Assembly: GCA_964550035.1 (NCBI GenBank) | Contig: CAZJVU010000003.1 | Coordinates: forward strand, 65,383-129,382 | Length of the DNA stretch: 64,000 bases | Direction of reading: 5' to 3' | From: an uncultured Candidatus Saccharibacteria bacterium | Lineage (GTDB): Bacteria; Patescibacteriota; Saccharimonadia; Saccharimonadales; EFPC-124 | Part shown: in pieces, positions 63,426-64,000 of the stretch | Layout of the letters: every line of letters starts with the position of its first letter | How positions within the stretch are numbered: position 1 is the first letter of the stretch | Notes under the pieces: model-generated | The model's input: the letters and a program-made list of their open reading frames with translations, nothing else | The model's database searches: none | What the model was told of the DNA's origin: nothing | Made by a program: the position numbers and the translations under genes

Positions 63426-63956
63426 ATGAAGTTTGTCGCATTTCTCCGCGGCATCAATGTCGGCGGCAAAAGCATGATCAGCATGAGTGATCTCAAGTCG
63501 TGCTTCGAAACACTTGGTTTTACCGATGTCCGCACCTACATCAATAGCGGCAACGTCATCTTCACGACCGACGGCGACGAGCGCGCATTCGAGCTCAGCA
63601 TCGAAGGTGCATTGCACAAGCAGTTCGGTATGCCCATCCGCGCGATGGTCCGCTCGCAGGCAGATATGCAAAAGCTCCTCGCCAGCATCCCGAAATCTTG
63701 GCTCACCGCCACCGACCACAAGTACGAATTTATCTTCCTGACCCACCAAGCCGACAAGCCTGACATCATCGAACAGATCGTTACCCGGCCGGAAATCGAA
63801 GAGCTCCGCTACGTTCCGGGTGCGCTCGTATGGTTCTTCAACAGCGCCAGCAAGACAAAAAGCCGCGTCATGAAGATCAACCAAATGCCCATATACCAGC
63901 AGATGTCCGTGCGTACATCGGGCACTGTCCACAAACTCGTCGAGCTAATGCAGTGA
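63426..63956 (+). CDS. DUF1697-family protein
   Basis: MKFVAFLRGINVGGKSMISMSDLK...YINSGNVIF signature; the longer ORF from 63090 is a frame artefact. Confidence 0.8.
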   Translation: MKFVAFLRGINVGGKSMISMSDLKSCFETLGFTDVRTYINSGNVIFTTDGDERAFELSIEGALHKQFGMPIRAMVRSQADMQKLLASIPKSWLTATDHKYEFIFLTHQADKPDIIEQIVTRPEIEELRYVPGALVWFFNSASKTKSRVMKINQMPIYQQMSVRTSGTVHKLVELMQ

Positions 63957-64000
63957 GATAGCTCTTTGCAACGTTGTAATTTTAGCTTATAATGTGCGGT

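Noticed and set aside
1-64000. Searched for CRISPR arrays, rRNA, transposases, integrases, restriction-modification, toxin-antitoxin or known defence-system genes
   Set aside because: I found no regularly spaced direct repeats and no recognisable proteins of these classes in any frame.

Overview
Gene-dense chromosomal window of about 75 protein genes plus one tRNA. I saw no integrase, transposase, phage structural gene, CRISPR array or rRNA. The moderate-GC backbone carries housekeeping and respiratory genes: a MacB-type permease (truncated at the window edge), an OmpR/HK two-component pair, RNase HI, NDH-2 with a GpsA-like gene, and an FAD oxidase. It also carries an FMN-bind/ApbE/RnfD-FNR flavinylation module, a PIF1-like helicase, a NUDIX hydrolase, an AMP-ligase with a membrane acyltransferase, and TspO. 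Further backbone genes are three AraC regulators, three RibD_C/DHFR-family paralogs, a DHA2 MFS pump, Cfa, a GH140-like exoprotein, Ku with LigD, and a cyoABCDE quinol-oxidase operon. Three observations stand out. (1) A textbook type III hammerhead ribozyme lies on the minus strand at 32455-32509, between an orphan gene and cfa. (2) A ~210-254 nt palindromic repeat occurs twice, and one copy sits in frame inside the LigD ligase-polymerase linker, next to a frame break. (3) About 20 visibly GC-richer genes are scattered through the window. Each starts right after a backbone-style AT-rich sigma70 promoter and SD and ends at a GC-rich hairpin. Many encode lipoproteins, exported proteins or actinobacterial-type envelope proteins, including a ~6 kb island with a class A PBP (47.3-53.3 kb). 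The backbone gene set (NDH-2 plus bo3-type oxidase, many leaderless or consensus promoters, envelope-binding exoproteins) would fit a small-genome Gram-positive-like or CPR/Saccharibacteria-like organism that took genes from Actinobacteria. That placement is inference only. All GC statements are by eye and need computing.
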